Source: an uncultured virus (IMG/VR IMGVR_UViG_3300032007_000042)
Taxonomy: Duplodnaviria > Heunggongvirae > Uroviricota > Caudoviricetes > Crassvirales
DNA length: 55,778 bases
IMG/VR virus record: IMGVR_UViG_3300032007_000042
Reading direction: 5' to 3' (one strand)
Under the pieces are notes generated by a model. It made no database searches, was not told the origin of the DNA, and saw only the letters and a list, made by a program, of their open reading frames with translations. Shown piece after piece: positions 8,391 to 19,054 of the stretch. The translations under genes and the position numbers were made by a program. Every line of letters starts with the position of its first letter. Positions within the stretch are counted from its first letter, which is position 1.

Positions 8391-10517
8391 TTAATGTACC
8401 CAATGGTCAGACACTTCAGGGTCAGCAGGAATAGGAAGAGACTTACAATAAATAGCAGCAGATGCCTCCATTATATTCTCAAGAGTCTTTGGAAAGTCTA
8501 CTACTTCTTTAGGGTACTCACAATTAATCTCATCATGGACACAGACACATAGTTTTATTCTACCAAAATAATTGTTGTCAACTATCCAATCAAATAGTTT
8601 TCTAATTGCGGTCTTTAATATTATGGCACCAGTACCCTGAGTAACAACATTCCTTGCTAATCTGTCATATTTTCCTGCTGCTTGGAAATGATGTCTGACT
8701 TGTTGTGATATTTCATCACCTGTACTTTTGTGATATTGTCTGTACTTTTCCCAAAAATCTTGATTCCAATTTGAAGACTCCTCTTTCCATTGTTGCCAAT
8801 CCCACCAATAGAGCTTATGCCCAGTAATAGGATTTATAAGAATATATCCATTACTTCTAACAAAAGCTGCACCTTTAGAAGCAAAAGTACTTACACCCTT
8901 GAATTCCTCATTTAGTGTATCTATGTACTTTTGTGCCTCTTCTACTGTACAATCAGCAGATTTACTTATTGTAGGAGCAGCAGCACCGAATAAGTAGGCA
9001 AATTCCACAGCTTTGACCTTCTTTCTCCATTGTGGAGCAAGTTTCTTTACATCCAATGCAGATTTACATCCACATTGCTTGCATTCATTCTTGAATACAG
9101 CCCATGCAAACATACTGTGTGTATCACCTGTCCTTTCAAGGAATTCTTTCTTGAATTCTGTATCATTGTATATATCAGCTGCTAATCTTGACTCTTCTGA
9201 TGAAAAGTCACAGGAGACAAACATATTACCACTTTCTGCTGTAAATGATGCTCTGGTTTCTTCATCAGATGGCAGTTGTTGTAGATTTACATATGTACAA
9301 TCTTGAGGCTTTACATGATTAGCTTTAGCAAGGTCAGTGTTAGGCTGTTGAGAACCACAAGACATGCGACCAGATGAAGCACCAAGCTGTTTAAATGTTG
9401 TATGAATCCTATGAGTAATAGGATTAATAGCATTAAGATGGCCCTGACCAAAAGAAGTAACTACTTTGTTATATCCTTGATAATCAAAGTAGAGCTTTAG
9501 GAACTCATCACAGATACCTTTTTGTCCTTTAAGCTGTTTCTCAAGAACACTGTCTTTGTCCTCACCTGTCTTTTTATCCTGTACTGTAGTATTGAATCCT
9601 AGTAACTTGGCAATCTTTACTACTTGCTGACTTGATGACCAGTTGATGGTTACTTTAGGAGTTAAATTGAACCCTGTGAATAAATCACCTTGTCTGTCTA
9701 TAAAGACATACTTCTTAAAGTTATTTGCATCTATTGTATTATAGAATGTGTTTCCAAGATCATCTTTATAGGGCTTTTTATATCCTTCCTTTGAGAGTCT
9801 AATGATAAAGTCATCAAGAGCTTTTTTAGCCTTATCAAGGTTCTCTTTATCCTTTACCATCTTAGCTTTCCACTTATCAGCATCAAGATGAATACCACAC
9901 CATTCCATATAAGCAATAGGAGCTACAGCATCACATTCAAGTTTAGCTCCTACAAGGCATCCTTTCTTTCTACACTCAGCTACTTGAAAGTGCATTATCT
10001 TTTCAAGATTGGTAACATCAGAAGCAGCATAAAGTATTACTTTGTCATCCAGACCTCTCCATATAATTTCTCCTCTTACTGTCTTATCAATTTTTATATT
10101 GAGATACCTTTCACATAGGGCTTTAAGACTATAAGATATAACTCCAGAAGGCCAACCAAGATGAAGAAGCTGCTCTACTATCATGGTATCATATAGTTTT
10201 CTAATAACAATACCATAATTAAAGAAGAACTGCAAGTCAAACTTTCCATTCTGAAAGATACAGAATGTGTTTTCAAGAAAGTCCTTAAACAGTCTAATAT
10301 CTACAGTAGAGCAATCTATCACTATTCTTATATCAGCTTTGTCATTACCTAACTGCACAGACAGGAGTCTACAAAGATGGGCATCTCTACCAGTAGTTTC
10401 AGTATCTACCTGACATACTTTCCAATCCTTTATAATCTCCAATGCCTGTGCAGGAGTTATTATCATATAGTCTTTGTTATAGAACAGATAACTTTGATTA
10501 GTGCATAAATAAATCAT
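8391..10517 (-). CDS. polA: family A DNA polymerase with 3'-5' exonuclease
   Basis: DTETTG, NGKFD, YAASD, SGRMS, NLQQLP, DFSSEESR, VHDE; ATG 10517 preferred over 10538. Confidence 0.95.
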   Translation of the reverse strand: MIYLCTNQSYLFYNKDYMIITPAQALEIIKDWKVCQVDTETTGRDAHLCRLLSVQLGNDKADIRIVIDCSTVDIRLFKDFLENTFCIFQNGKFDLQFFFNYGIVIRKLYDTMIVEQLLHLGWPSGVISYSLKALCERYLNIKIDKTVRGEIIWRGLDDKVILYAASDVTNLEKIMHFQVAECRKKGCLVGAKLECDAVAPIAYMEWCGIHLDADKWKAKMVKDKENLDKAKKALDDFIIRLSKEGYKKPYKDDLGNTFYNTIDANNFKKYVFIDRQGDLFTGFNLTPKVTINWSSSQQVVKIAKLLGFNTTVQDKKTGEDKDSVLEKQLKGQKGICDEFLKLYFDYQGYNKVVTSFGQGHLNAINPITHRIHTTFKQLGASSGRMSCGSQQPNTDLAKANHVKPQDCTYVNLQQLPSDEETRASFTAESGNMFVSCDFSSEESRLAADIYNDTEFKKEFLERTGDTHSMFAWAVFKNECKQCGCKSALDVKKLAPQWRKKVKAVEFAYLFGAAAPTISKSADCTVEEAQKYIDTLNEEFKGVSTFASKGAAFVRSNGYILINPITGHKLYWWDWQQWKEESSNWNQDFWEKYRQYHKSTGDEISQQVRHHFQAAGKYDRLARNVVTQGTGAIILKTAIRKLFDWIVDNNYFGRIKLCVCVHDEINCEYPKEVVDFPKTLENIMEASAAIYCKSLPIPADPEVSDHWVH

Positions 10518-10518
10518 T

Positions 10519-10968
10519 CTACATTTTACTATAAGCAATTAACTCATCAAAATCAAGAACATACTTAAACTTATTAAAGAAAGAGGAACCAATAATACCA
10601 TGCAATGTCACTCCAGAAGACTGCTTAATAGAAGTAAAGGCTTCTTTCATATCCTGTATAATGTACTCATAGGTATATTCCCTATCTTTATAATAGAGGG
10701 TAATTTCACAAGACTGAGTTTGATGAAGAATACCATCCATGCCCATGATATTAGACAAATCTGGGTTATTGGTTATTGTATGCTTAATATTTTTCAGAAC
10801 ATTTTTATCTATTACACTACTATTACTTCCAGTATCAAGTAAGAAATTAAATCTTTTATCACCTTGAAAGAATGTTACAATGGGCAGATTTACAAGATTC
10901 ATAGACTCCATGAAAGACATAGAATCTTTAGGCTTTCCAAGCAATTTGTTAATTATTTTTCTAAACAT
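10519..10968 (-). CDS. retropepsin-like aspartyl protease
   Basis: FLLDTGS and GIIGS motifs. Confidence 0.85.
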   Translation of the reverse strand: MFRKIINKLLGKPKDSMSFMESMNLVNLPIVTFFQGDKRFNFLLDTGSNSSVIDKNVLKNIKHTITNNPDLSNIMGMDGILHQTQSCEITLYYKDREYTYEYIIQDMKEAFTSIKQSSGVTLHGIIGSSFFNKFKYVLDFDELIAYSKM

Positions 10969-11039
10969 TGATTATTATTTTTCTTTTAAGTTATTATAAA
11001 TTATTATAGCAGGATGTTATCCTGCTATATTATTGATTA

Positions 11040-11573
11040 TTAGTTAGTTCCAGAAGTGCCAAAACCACCTCTATCAGTATCATCAAGACTATCTACTTTC
11101 TTTAGTTTAATACCATTAGAGAACAGCCATTTAATCTTTTGCCATACAGTGGCTTTTTGACTCAACTGCACTCTAAACTGGCAAAGCCTTGTACCTTTAG
11201 GAATAGTTATATTTCTTGTAGCAGTGATAGGCATCTTCCAGATGTCATTATTTCCACAATAACTATTATCCATTACTGCTATCATATCACTTTGGATAAT
11301 ACCATACTTCTTAAAAGTAGAACTGCGTGGAGCTATAATAGCCTCAAATCCTTTTGGCAATTTCATTGCTACTCCAAGGCTGACAAGAGCACTATCAAAG
11401 ATGACATCTCTTAGTTTTTCAGTACTATTATCATCTTTCTTTACAATATGAAGAGTTTTTGCATAAGGTGCCTTAAGTACAATATCCTCTTCTGTATATA
11501 AGTCAATCCAGTCACCTTTGTCAATAATCTGTGGCATACAGCCATTTGTTTTTTCTAATACTTTAATAGTCAT
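11040..11573 (-). CDS. dut: trimeric dUTPase
   Basis: WIDL, PRSS, D.SY.G, RLCQ and RGGFGTSG. Confidence 0.92.
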   Translation of the reverse strand: MTIKVLEKTNGCMPQIIDKGDWIDLYTEEDIVLKAPYAKTLHIVKKDDNSTEKLRDVIFDSALVSLGVAMKLPKGFEAIIAPRSSTFKKYGIIQSDMIAVMDNSYCGNNDIWKMPITATRNITIPKGTRLCQFRVQLSQKATVWQKIKWLFSNGIKLKKVDSLDDTDRGGFGTSGTN

Positions 11574-12049
11574 TTCTTTAAGAATTTATATGTTATATCT
11601 ATTAGCTCATTACCTTTTTGAGTATGATTTACTTTATAAAGTTTTTGATTTGTATCTGGGCTATCAAGACCTCCTAAGTTAATGTCAAAGTGACCTATCT
11701 TTACATAGTCAAGATAATCAAGAATTTCCTCTTTGTCTTTAGGAATCATATCAAGTCCACAGTACCATGCAGTCTTAATATTAGGAAAAGTAACAGACAC
11801 ATAGTAAAATAGGTTTATCAAATTATCTATATCATGTTCTCCTCCTAAGAGAAGGAGGCATGTAATGCCTTCATTACTGATAATGAGGTTCTCAAGACCT
11901 TTTCTTGTAAGCTGTGTGCCTTTATCTTCCCATAGATCTCTTGAATGACACCCATTACAATGGATCTGGCATCCAGAGATAGAAATACCCAAGGTTATTT
12001 CCTCAGGTATCTCACTGAAAACTTGTTTATAATATATATACTTTAGCAT
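11570..12049 (-). CDS. nrdG: anaerobic RNR activating enzyme (radical SAM)
   Basis: CxxxCxxC (GCQIHCNGCHS), GGE; near nrdD. Confidence 0.9.
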   Translation of the reverse strand: MLKYIYYKQVFSEIPEEITLGISISGCQIHCNGCHSRDLWEDKGTQLTRKGLENLIISNEGITCLLLLGGEHDIDNLINLFYYVSVTFPNIKTAWYCGLDMIPKDKEEILDYLDYVKIGHFDINLGGLDSPDTNQKLYKVNHTQKGNELIDITYKFLKK

Positions 12050-12282
12050 AATCTAATTGTTATATCATCATCTGTATGATAAGTTCTCCATGATAACTCA
12101 CTTATATTATATCCTAACGTAGTAAAGATATAATCTTCTATATCTTCTACATCATCTGGGATAGTATGTATCTCTATCTCAGGAGTATTACAAAACATTA
12201 TTGCTAATTTCATAGTTATAGTCTTTAATAGTTACTATAGAAACTATAGCCTATAAAGGATATAGTAACTATAGTAATGTAG

Positions 12283-14433
12283 TTAAGCATTTACTTTATC
12301 AATATTCTGATAGACTCTTGTCTTTTGCTCTATCTGCCTGCCTTTAGACCAATTCTTAATTTTGGTAAGATAGCCAATTACACGATCATAATAATCTATA
12401 TGGGTACTTCCACACTTAGGACACTTAGTGATAGGAACCTTTGTTATATATCCACAATCCTGACACTCAGAGTTAGGAACATTAAATGTAAAGTACTTAC
12501 ATCCTGTTTCTGCTGCATATTTAAGTAATTTCCTATACTGTTCAACATCAAGATGATGGTCTAAGTTAAGATGAGCACTACTACCTCCATCAAGGTTATC
12601 TCCACAGAAGTTTCTTCCATGCAAATATATCTTATCTAAGATACTAATATCCTCATCATTTGGCTTAAAGATATAACTTGCATAAAGATTAGTATCATTA
12701 GGAACCCAATAACCATCCTTCTTATCTCTATTATATAGCTTTATAGAGGCTGACTCGCAGGGGGTATATTCAGTGTTGAACATAAGTTCTTTAGTCTTAT
12801 GAAGAGTATTTTGCTCCTTAATAATAGAGAATATAGTAGAGCAAAACTGTTCATAGTCTTTATTCTTATTACACTTCATTCCTAAGTACTCTGCTGCCTG
12901 ATTAAGACCATTAATACCAATAGTAAGATACTGTTTTCTCATATTAATAAATCCAGCATCATATACAGTAAGAAGATGCTTACTCTGAAGATATTTCAGT
13001 ATCTCATTATAAGCCGTCTGATACTTATATATTCTATCAAGAATACTAATAAGATATTTCTTAAAGTCTTCAAGCATAACACTCCCATCAGAATAGCCAT
13101 TCTTAGCAGAAGGTACATCTTTACAGAAGTCTTGAATTATTCTATTAAAGTCAAGAGTAATTACATTCTTTGAACCTGTCATCTCAGATAACTGGCCATT
13201 AGTAAAGTTGAACTGAGGTTTACTTATTTTAGAGGAAAGACGACAGCAAGAACTCAGACTATCAGCACTATCTGATATATAAGTAAAGAAACTATTACCT
13301 TGTGCATACTCTTGAGCAGCATATTTAGCAAGATCTTTATCCAAGAACTCTCCATTCTGATATATAAGACACAAGCTAACTACAGGAAAGGTCAATATAC
13401 ATTTAAGTCTCTCTTGATTAAGCCAATGCATAAAGTCTTTCTGAAGCCAATTTAGGCTTTTCCATTGTGGCTTTGTGCCATCAGGGAAATAAAAGTCTCC
13501 ATACATAGTTTCAAAGAAAGGTTTATCAAATACTGATAAATTCCAGAAGCAAGCTTGATTTCCTCTTGTACCAGATGGTTGCATGAGAGAGTAACATATC
13601 TGCTGAAAATATTGATGTATTTGCTTTTGAATAGTCATCTTTCTAAGACAATATTCAGATGAAATAATTACATCAGGTTTCAAATAATAGTTATCCCCCC
13701 ATTCTTTTCTTAGGAAGTAATCCATGCAGAGAAGCATACCTGGAGTAGCAACAGCACCTTTATATTGGGCAGCAATGGCAAATACAAGATTTACAAACAA
13801 TCCACAGAAGCTATCAATATTTTTAGGTGCAGCACTAAGACCCCCAATATCTTTAATACCATGCAGTAAGAATGGGTACATAGTAATAGCTACACAATAT
13901 GGCATACCAATCTGTGAGGAAATATCATGAGGATAAGCAATAGATTCTATATCTTTTAAGAATTGTTTTGCTGTTTCCTCACCATATAGTTCCTTTATCT
14001 TATTTTGCCAAATTCTAATATTGGTTTCTTTATTCTCCTGTTTGTGAATCTCTGTATTCATCACTGCTACATTATGAGTAGCTACATTACTATTGTCATC
14101 AATAGTAGCATTAGCTGTATTATCAGAGACTATAAAGTTATCAATAAACTTAAGATTTCTTGCTACACTATCTCTAAGCTGCTTATGCTTCTCCCTATAA
14201 AGAATAAATGCCTTGGCTACAGCAAATTCAGCAGATGCCATCAGGAAGTTCTCAACAACATCCTGTATATCCTCAACAGAATTATAAGCACTCCAATCTA
14301 TATTCTTAAGAGCATTGCTCATACTGTCAGGTATGCCTTCTTTGCCACAAGCCTTATAAGCCTTATCTACAGCATTGATAATCTTGTTTATGTCAAATTC
14401 TTCTGTGCTATTGTCTCTTTTTTTAATTATCAT
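12283..14433 (-). CDS. nrdD: class III anaerobic ribonucleotide reductase with ATP cone
   Basis: IIKKRD ATP cone, SCCRL, two CxxC, glycyl-radical RVIGYL. Confidence 0.95.
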   Translation of the reverse strand: MIIKKRDNSTEEFDINKIINAVDKAYKACGKEGIPDSMSNALKNIDWSAYNSVEDIQDVVENFLMASAEFAVAKAFILYREKHKQLRDSVARNLKFIDNFIVSDNTANATIDDNSNVATHNVAVMNTEIHKQENKETNIRIWQNKIKELYGEETAKQFLKDIESIAYPHDISSQIGMPYCVAITMYPFLLHGIKDIGGLSAAPKNIDSFCGLFVNLVFAIAAQYKGAVATPGMLLCMDYFLRKEWGDNYYLKPDVIISSEYCLRKMTIQKQIHQYFQQICYSLMQPSGTRGNQACFWNLSVFDKPFFETMYGDFYFPDGTKPQWKSLNWLQKDFMHWLNQERLKCILTFPVVSLCLIYQNGEFLDKDLAKYAAQEYAQGNSFFTYISDSADSLSSCCRLSSKISKPQFNFTNGQLSEMTGSKNVITLDFNRIIQDFCKDVPSAKNGYSDGSVMLEDFKKYLISILDRIYKYQTAYNEILKYLQSKHLLTVYDAGFINMRKQYLTIGINGLNQAAEYLGMKCNKNKDYEQFCSTIFSIIKEQNTLHKTKELMFNTEYTPCESASIKLYNRDKKDGYWVPNDTNLYASYIFKPNDEDISILDKIYLHGRNFCGDNLDGGSSAHLNLDHHLDVEQYRKLLKYAAETGCKYFTFNVPNSECQDCGYITKVPITKCPKCGSTHIDYYDRVIGYLTKIKNWSKGRQIEQKTRVYQNIDKVNA

Positions 14434-14534
14434 TTATCATATATTTAAGCAATTAAATTATTCTTTTTCTTCAAACAGTTAATCTGATGGTGAAGTATGT
14501 CTATACACGCAATATGTTATATTTTCTTCTTTCA

Positions 14535-15584
14535 CTATAATTTATTCAACCATTCAACTATATCATTAGTACCAGTTTCATCTATACCATTAGGTACTGC
14601 TGGCTTATTATCCAAATATGCTCTAAGTTCTTTACCTATTGTAAAGGGGTCTCTTATAACTATTTGATTATTTCTACCATAAGTTAATTCACCAAATTTC
14701 TTGGTATCTTTAAACTCCCAAACTAATGGCTTTAATGTGTCTTTATTTACTACAATAAACCTATAGTCATGAACTTTAAAGTCCTTAAAATATGGATTCT
14801 TATATAAATTTGCCGCAATTATCCTATAGTATAAACGCCCTTGGCAACTGTATGACCAATCTATAAAGCTTTTATAAAAGTCCCATTCACTTTTATGGCT
14901 AGTTTTGAGATCAATTAAGTAGACATCTTTACTCTCATAATTTACTATGATTTCATCCGCCATGCATCTATATTCTACATTCTCAAACTTTGCTTTAAAC
15001 TTTAATTGATAGTATCTTCTAACAGGTGACATAGGGTCATTGTCTGCAAAATAACCACAAGTAGCAGGACTTTCCTTTAAGGCTTTAACCATTGCCATTA
15101 CCTTATAATAGGTATCAAGGTCAACTATAGTCTTTCCTTCAGAGTTAGCCTTTACTGCATAGTAGATGGCACATCTCTCTGTGAGAACCCTTACTCTGGT
15201 GTCATCTTTCCAGTTCTTATAATAGGACTGGGCATTAGCCTCACTAAGTACAGCATCAAAAGGTATGTCAACAAATGAAGTATATTGATTGCTATACTGA
15301 CTGAACAGACTGTCTGCAACAGCTTTCTCCTTATCACATATTGAAGGAATATCAGCAACATAGAACAGCTTATCAAATTCCTCTTGAGAACCTGTAATAA
15401 GGGTATCTACACATGAACCTAAGGTAAGAGATGGAGAGCTTATGTGATCAAACAGATGATCAAGATTATTAAATCCCTCTCTTTCATATCTTGCAAGAGT
15501 AGAGTAGGAGAGTGCAGGATCTGCTCTGTATTGTTCTTCTGCTACGTTCCATGCAATGTCTTTAAGTTCCTTTTTAATTTCCAT
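14535..15584 (-). CDS. PD-(D/E)XK exonuclease
   Basis: LSYSTL, CMAD, IDLKT and Q..LY motifs. Confidence 0.8.
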   Translation of the reverse strand: MEIKKELKDIAWNVAEEQYRADPALSYSTLARYEREGFNNLDHLFDHISSPSLTLGSCVDTLITGSQEEFDKLFYVADIPSICDKEKAVADSLFSQYSNQYTSFVDIPFDAVLSEANAQSYYKNWKDDTRVRVLTERCAIYYAVKANSEGKTIVDLDTYYKVMAMVKALKESPATCGYFADNDPMSPVRRYYQLKFKAKFENVEYRCMADEIIVNYESKDVYLIDLKTSHKSEWDFYKSFIDWSYSCQGRLYYRIIAANLYKNPYFKDFKVHDYRFIVVNKDTLKPLVWEFKDTKKFGELTYGRNNQIVIRDPFTIGKELRAYLDNKPAVPNGIDETGTNDIVEWLNKL

Positions 15585-16056
15585 TGGTTTCTTGTTTTAA
15601 ATGTTCTAAACACTCAAGTAACTGCCTTTTTGTGTATATCTCCCATAATTCTATTTTATCTTTATCTTCCCTCTTTTCAAGTGATGCTCTAAACATCTTA
15701 AACCTATATACAAAGGTATCTGTAGAAAATCCTTTTACTTCTATTATTATATGCTTTCCTTTATAGTCAAATGTAAAGTCAGGTGTATAAATCATAGAAG
15801 TAAGTGGTCTCATATCCTTACAAGTAAACTTGCTGACTACCTCTATATTATGGTTCTTTCTCTTAAACTTATTCTTAGTATAGAAAGGTACAGAGGGAAT
15901 AAACCCATCCCACAGAATAAATGTTTCTTCTTCATACTTAGGAGTAAAGCCATACTCTATAAGAGTTTTATAAGTTGTTACTTCAAGCTGAGACCTGAAC
16001 TTTATACCATTATATTCTTTAGGATGGGCATTCTTTATCTTTTTATTCTCAATCAT
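15574..16056 (-). CDS. PD-(D/E)XK endonuclease (T7 endo I/DUF1064-like)
   Basis: FRSQLE, YTPDF, IIEVKG. Confidence 0.8.
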   Translation of the reverse strand: MIENKKIKNAHPKEYNGIKFRSQLEVTTYKTLIEYGFTPKYEEETFILWDGFIPSVPFYTKNKFKRKNHNIEVVSKFTCKDMRPLTSMIYTPDFTFDYKGKHIIIEVKGFSTDTFVYRFKMFRASLEKREDKDKIELWEIYTKRQLLECLEHLKQETNGN

Positions 16057-16618
16057 CAGCTATGAGTCTAAATCCCTTAAGAAAAGCATCAAGAGCTTTA
16101 TCAGTAGTGAAAACATGATTGATAAAATCATCCTTATCAGTAAAAGCTTCCTTCTCAGTCAAAGGACATTTTCCTTTCTTACAGCAGTTCTTTTCCTCAA
16201 GAGCTTTTACTCTCTTTGATAAGCTATATACTTCCTTATCAATAGCCTTTACTGATTTACCTAAGGTTTCAAGAGTATCAACAAGAGCATCCATAAATTC
16301 TTTCATATAAGCATCCTCTTCTGAATTTTCTGAATCTTCTGAATCTTCAGAATCCTCATCCTCCTTATCTTCCTTGGTATCATCATCTTTAGAGAAATCA
16401 ATCAAAGGTTTCTTTTTAAGTTCCTCATTAGTATCTTCATCATCTTGAACATCAAGAATACCCTCTTCAAGAAGCAAAGGAATAAGCTCCTCACTAAACT
16501 TAACCATCTTTACTTTATGCTTATCAGTTCCATCTGGGTTACTCTTGATGAGAACAAGTTCAATGATGTCACCAAAGTCTACTACTTCATTTGTGTCTTT
16601 AAGAACATACTTTTTCAT
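16049..16618 (-). CDS. acidic hypothetical protein
   Basis: 189 aa with EDS repeats and coiled coil. Confidence 0.75.
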   Translation of the reverse strand: MKKYVLKDTNEVVDFGDIIELVLIKSNPDGTDKHKVKMVKFSEELIPLLLEEGILDVQDDEDTNEELKKKPLIDFSKDDDTKEDKEDEDSEDSEDSENSEEDAYMKEFMDALVDTLETLGKSVKAIDKEVYSLSKRVKALEEKNCCKKGKCPLTEKEAFTDKDDFINHVFTTDKALDAFLKGFRLIADD

Positions 16619-16629
16619 GCTTTCATAAT

Positions 16630-17307
16630 TTAAGAATTATACCATTTAATTCCATAGCCATTTTGGTCTATAAGAATCTGATTTATTTTGTTCCATATAT
16701 TAGGCATTTGACTATGTGTTCTTGCATAATAAGCAGGATGCTTAGTCTCTATGATGTAATTAAACCTATCATTAATATAGGGTTTTAGTGACTGCGCATC
16801 ACTGCCCATTAGCACATATACAATGCCTGTTGCAGCTTTTGAGAGATTAGTAAGAAAGGATGTGATAAAGGGTTTCCACATGAGTGTATGACTACCTGTT
16901 TTACCTTTTATACAAGAGAGTGCTGTATTGAGTAGCAGCACCCCTTGTCTCTCCCAACTCTCCAAACTGCAGTCAAAGTTAATACTTTCATGAGGCATCC
17001 CAAAGTTAATAAATGAATCCCTTAGAACCTTCAAGGAAGGAGAATAGTCTTTCTCAAGAGTATCTGAAGAGTTAGCAAAGGCAAGGCCTGTGGCTACAGG
17101 ACGTCCATTGGTATAGTTAGGGTAGGGATCCTGACCTATAATCACTACTCTTAAGTTATGAAACTTGCAGAGTCTGAATGCATAATAAATATCACACAGT
17201 TTAGGACAAATAAGTTGCTTAGATCTCTGTAGCTTAATTGCCAATCTACTTGCCTCTCCAGTATTAACTATTTTATTCCAGTCATCAAAGTATTCTTCTA
17301 TTGTCAT
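16630..17307 (-). CDS. ung: uracil-DNA glycosylase family 1
   Basis: VVIIGQDPY, GLAF, QGVLLLN, HPA. Confidence 0.93.
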   Translation of the reverse strand: MTIEEYFDDWNKIVNTGEASRLAIKLQRSKQLICPKLCDIYYAFRLCKFHNLRVVIIGQDPYPNYTNGRPVATGLAFANSSDTLEKDYSPSLKVLRDSFINFGMPHESINFDCSLESWERQGVLLLNTALSCIKGKTGSHTLMWKPFITSFLTNLSKAATGIVYVLMGSDAQSLKPYINDRFNYIIETKHPAYYARTHSQMPNIWNKINQILIDQNGYGIKWYNS

Positions 17308-17780
17308 ATTACTACTGGCAGCTTAACCTTATCACACTTATAGTTATCACAACAAGCATTAAGAATTACACGTGTAGGGCTGCTTAAATATCCTAATGAA
17401 GAGACTATTTTAATGTTTCTTATATTTCCAAGTGCATACTGGAAGTTATTAAGCACAGTAATACTCTTTGCAATACATGTACTTCTTGTTACTACCATCA
17501 GTATCTCAGGTATAGATTTATCATCTCTACTGTAAGCTATAAAATAATTTGATAAAAACCACAGCTCAGAAGTAACAGGATTTGAATATTTATAAATCTC
17601 GCTTTTATCTATATTTTCAAATAGAGAGTTATTTCTAATTAGGGTTGCTAAATCACCATCTGCCATTATCTGCCCTTTATCCATAACATCAAATCCTTCT
17701 ATGGCATTAAGATACACACTATCAGAGACAATTACTGCATCAGTAAAGACAGTATATAATTTATTTATCTTTTTGTTCAT
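17304..17780 (-). CDS. hypothetical protein
   Basis: 158 aa; coupled to both neighbours. Confidence 0.7.
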   Translation of the reverse strand: MNKKINKLYTVFTDAVIVSDSVYLNAIEGFDVMDKGQIMADGDLATLIRNNSLFENIDKSEIYKYSNPVTSELWFLSNYFIAYSRDDKSIPEILMVVTRSTCIAKSITVLNNFQYALGNIRNIKIVSSLGYLSSPTRVILNACCDNYKCDKVKLPVVI

Positions 17781-19054
17781 AAGTCCTTAAATCTTAAAAT
17801 CATTTGTGTTGCATCATACTCTGTAAAGAATGGTACATATCTTCTAAGAGGGTCATTAATATCTTTATTAAGATTACTACAGAAATTGATATACAGATTA
17901 GTTACATATCCAGCACACATCTGAGCAGCAAAGGCTGTCTGTTTATAGCTACATACATCTTCCTGGGCCTCACTATCATCAAATAGCCACTTATCTTCAT
18001 ACTCTTTTATAGCCTTTTCATTAGATGGATCAACACAAAGAATCTGCCATTTCTCAGCACTCAGTCTTGCATCTATCAGTAAACTTAACTTAAGTTGAGA
18101 CATATACCAGTCTTTGTTACAATCTGAGTTTAAACACTCTTTAAGATCATCTATACGTTGCATCCATTTACTAAACACAAGTTGTCTTGCAGCCATATTA
18201 TCAAGACCAGTAATAACTATAGGAATATCATCAAATGAGTCACTTGGAGAGAAGTTTTCTTTAATTTTTGTGTGTATATATGGATTAAAGTTTTCACATT
18301 GTACTGACACTACGGCACTTTTAATACGTCCTATATCTGATATGCCAAAGTTCTGTCCAGCAAGATTTTTCTGCTCAATAATGTCTTTGTCATATATTCT
18401 TAGTGTTTTATCTCCTAGTACTCTGCAAAGAGATACTGCTATATTTGATCCAAGTCCACCAGCACCAACAAGTGCTACATGATTTTGTGCAGCTCTAAAC
18501 CACTCAGCTCCTCTAAATCTTGCATTAACATCAGTAAGTTTACTCTTAGGAGTTTCTGTTTCCTCCTCCTCTTTTTGCCAAGGAGAGCTTCTAAACTTTA
18601 TTTTCTTACATTGTTTAATATACTCACTAAATACAGGTATACAAATATCAGATTTACCTGTAAATACAAGATCCATTATAAATTTGTCATAGTCATCAAG
18701 CAATGATCTATAAGCTTTTTCTACCTTAATTTTAACTCCAAACATTTTAAGATAATAAAGCACCCATCTTGTTGTTAAAGGCAGTAATATTATCGTTTTA
18801 TTATTACACTGGAAATTAAAGTAAAAAGTATGTGCAGTATGACTAACACAAACAGGTAATTTATTATAGTTGTCTACTAAAATATTTGTAAACAAGCTGC
18901 CTAAATTAGTACTTCTTACACTATGAAGTTTTGGTACACTGATTCCATTATCCATAAGATAAGCATAGCAATCATCACTAACATCACTAATGATATTATC
19001 TAGTGAGGAATTATGCTTAATTGTCTGGATTGTTCCATCAAAAAACTGTTGCAT
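17777..19054 (-). CDS. ThiF/E1-like adenylyltransferase with N-terminal extension
   Basis: VGAGGLGS, YDKDIIEQKNLAGQ, DNMAAR, IDAR; candidate catalytic Cys in EDVCSYK. Confidence 0.88.
   Translation of the reverse strand: MQQFFDGTIQTIKHNSSLDNIISDVSDDCYAYLMDNGISVPKLHSVRSTNLGSLFTNILVDNYNKLPVCVSHTAHTFYFNFQCNNKTIILLPLTTRWVLYYLKMFGVKIKVEKAYRSLLDDYDKFIMDLVFTGKSDICIPVFSEYIKQCKKIKFRSSPWQKEEEETETPKSKLTDVNARFRGAEWFRAAQNHVALVGAGGLGSNIAVSLCRVLGDKTLRIYDKDIIEQKNLAGQNFGISDIGRIKSAVVSVQCENFNPYIHTKIKENFSPSDSFDDIPIVITGLDNMAARQLVFSKWMQRIDDLKECLNSDCNKDWYMSQLKLSLLIDARLSAEKWQILCVDPSNEKAIKEYEDKWLFDDSEAQEDVCSYKQTAFAAQMCAGYVTNLYINFCSNLNKDINDPLRRYVPFFTEYDATQMILRFKDL

Noticed and set aside
8391..14433. Inteins in PolA or NrdD
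   Set aside because: Normal lengths and no intein terminal motifs
16319..16360. 9-bp tandem repeat (EDS)
   Set aside because: In-frame low-complexity acidic linker
17777..19054. ThiF as part of thiamine/Moco or RiPP synthesis
   Set aside because: No ThiG, MoaE, YcaO or precursor genes; neighbours are JAB and E2-like
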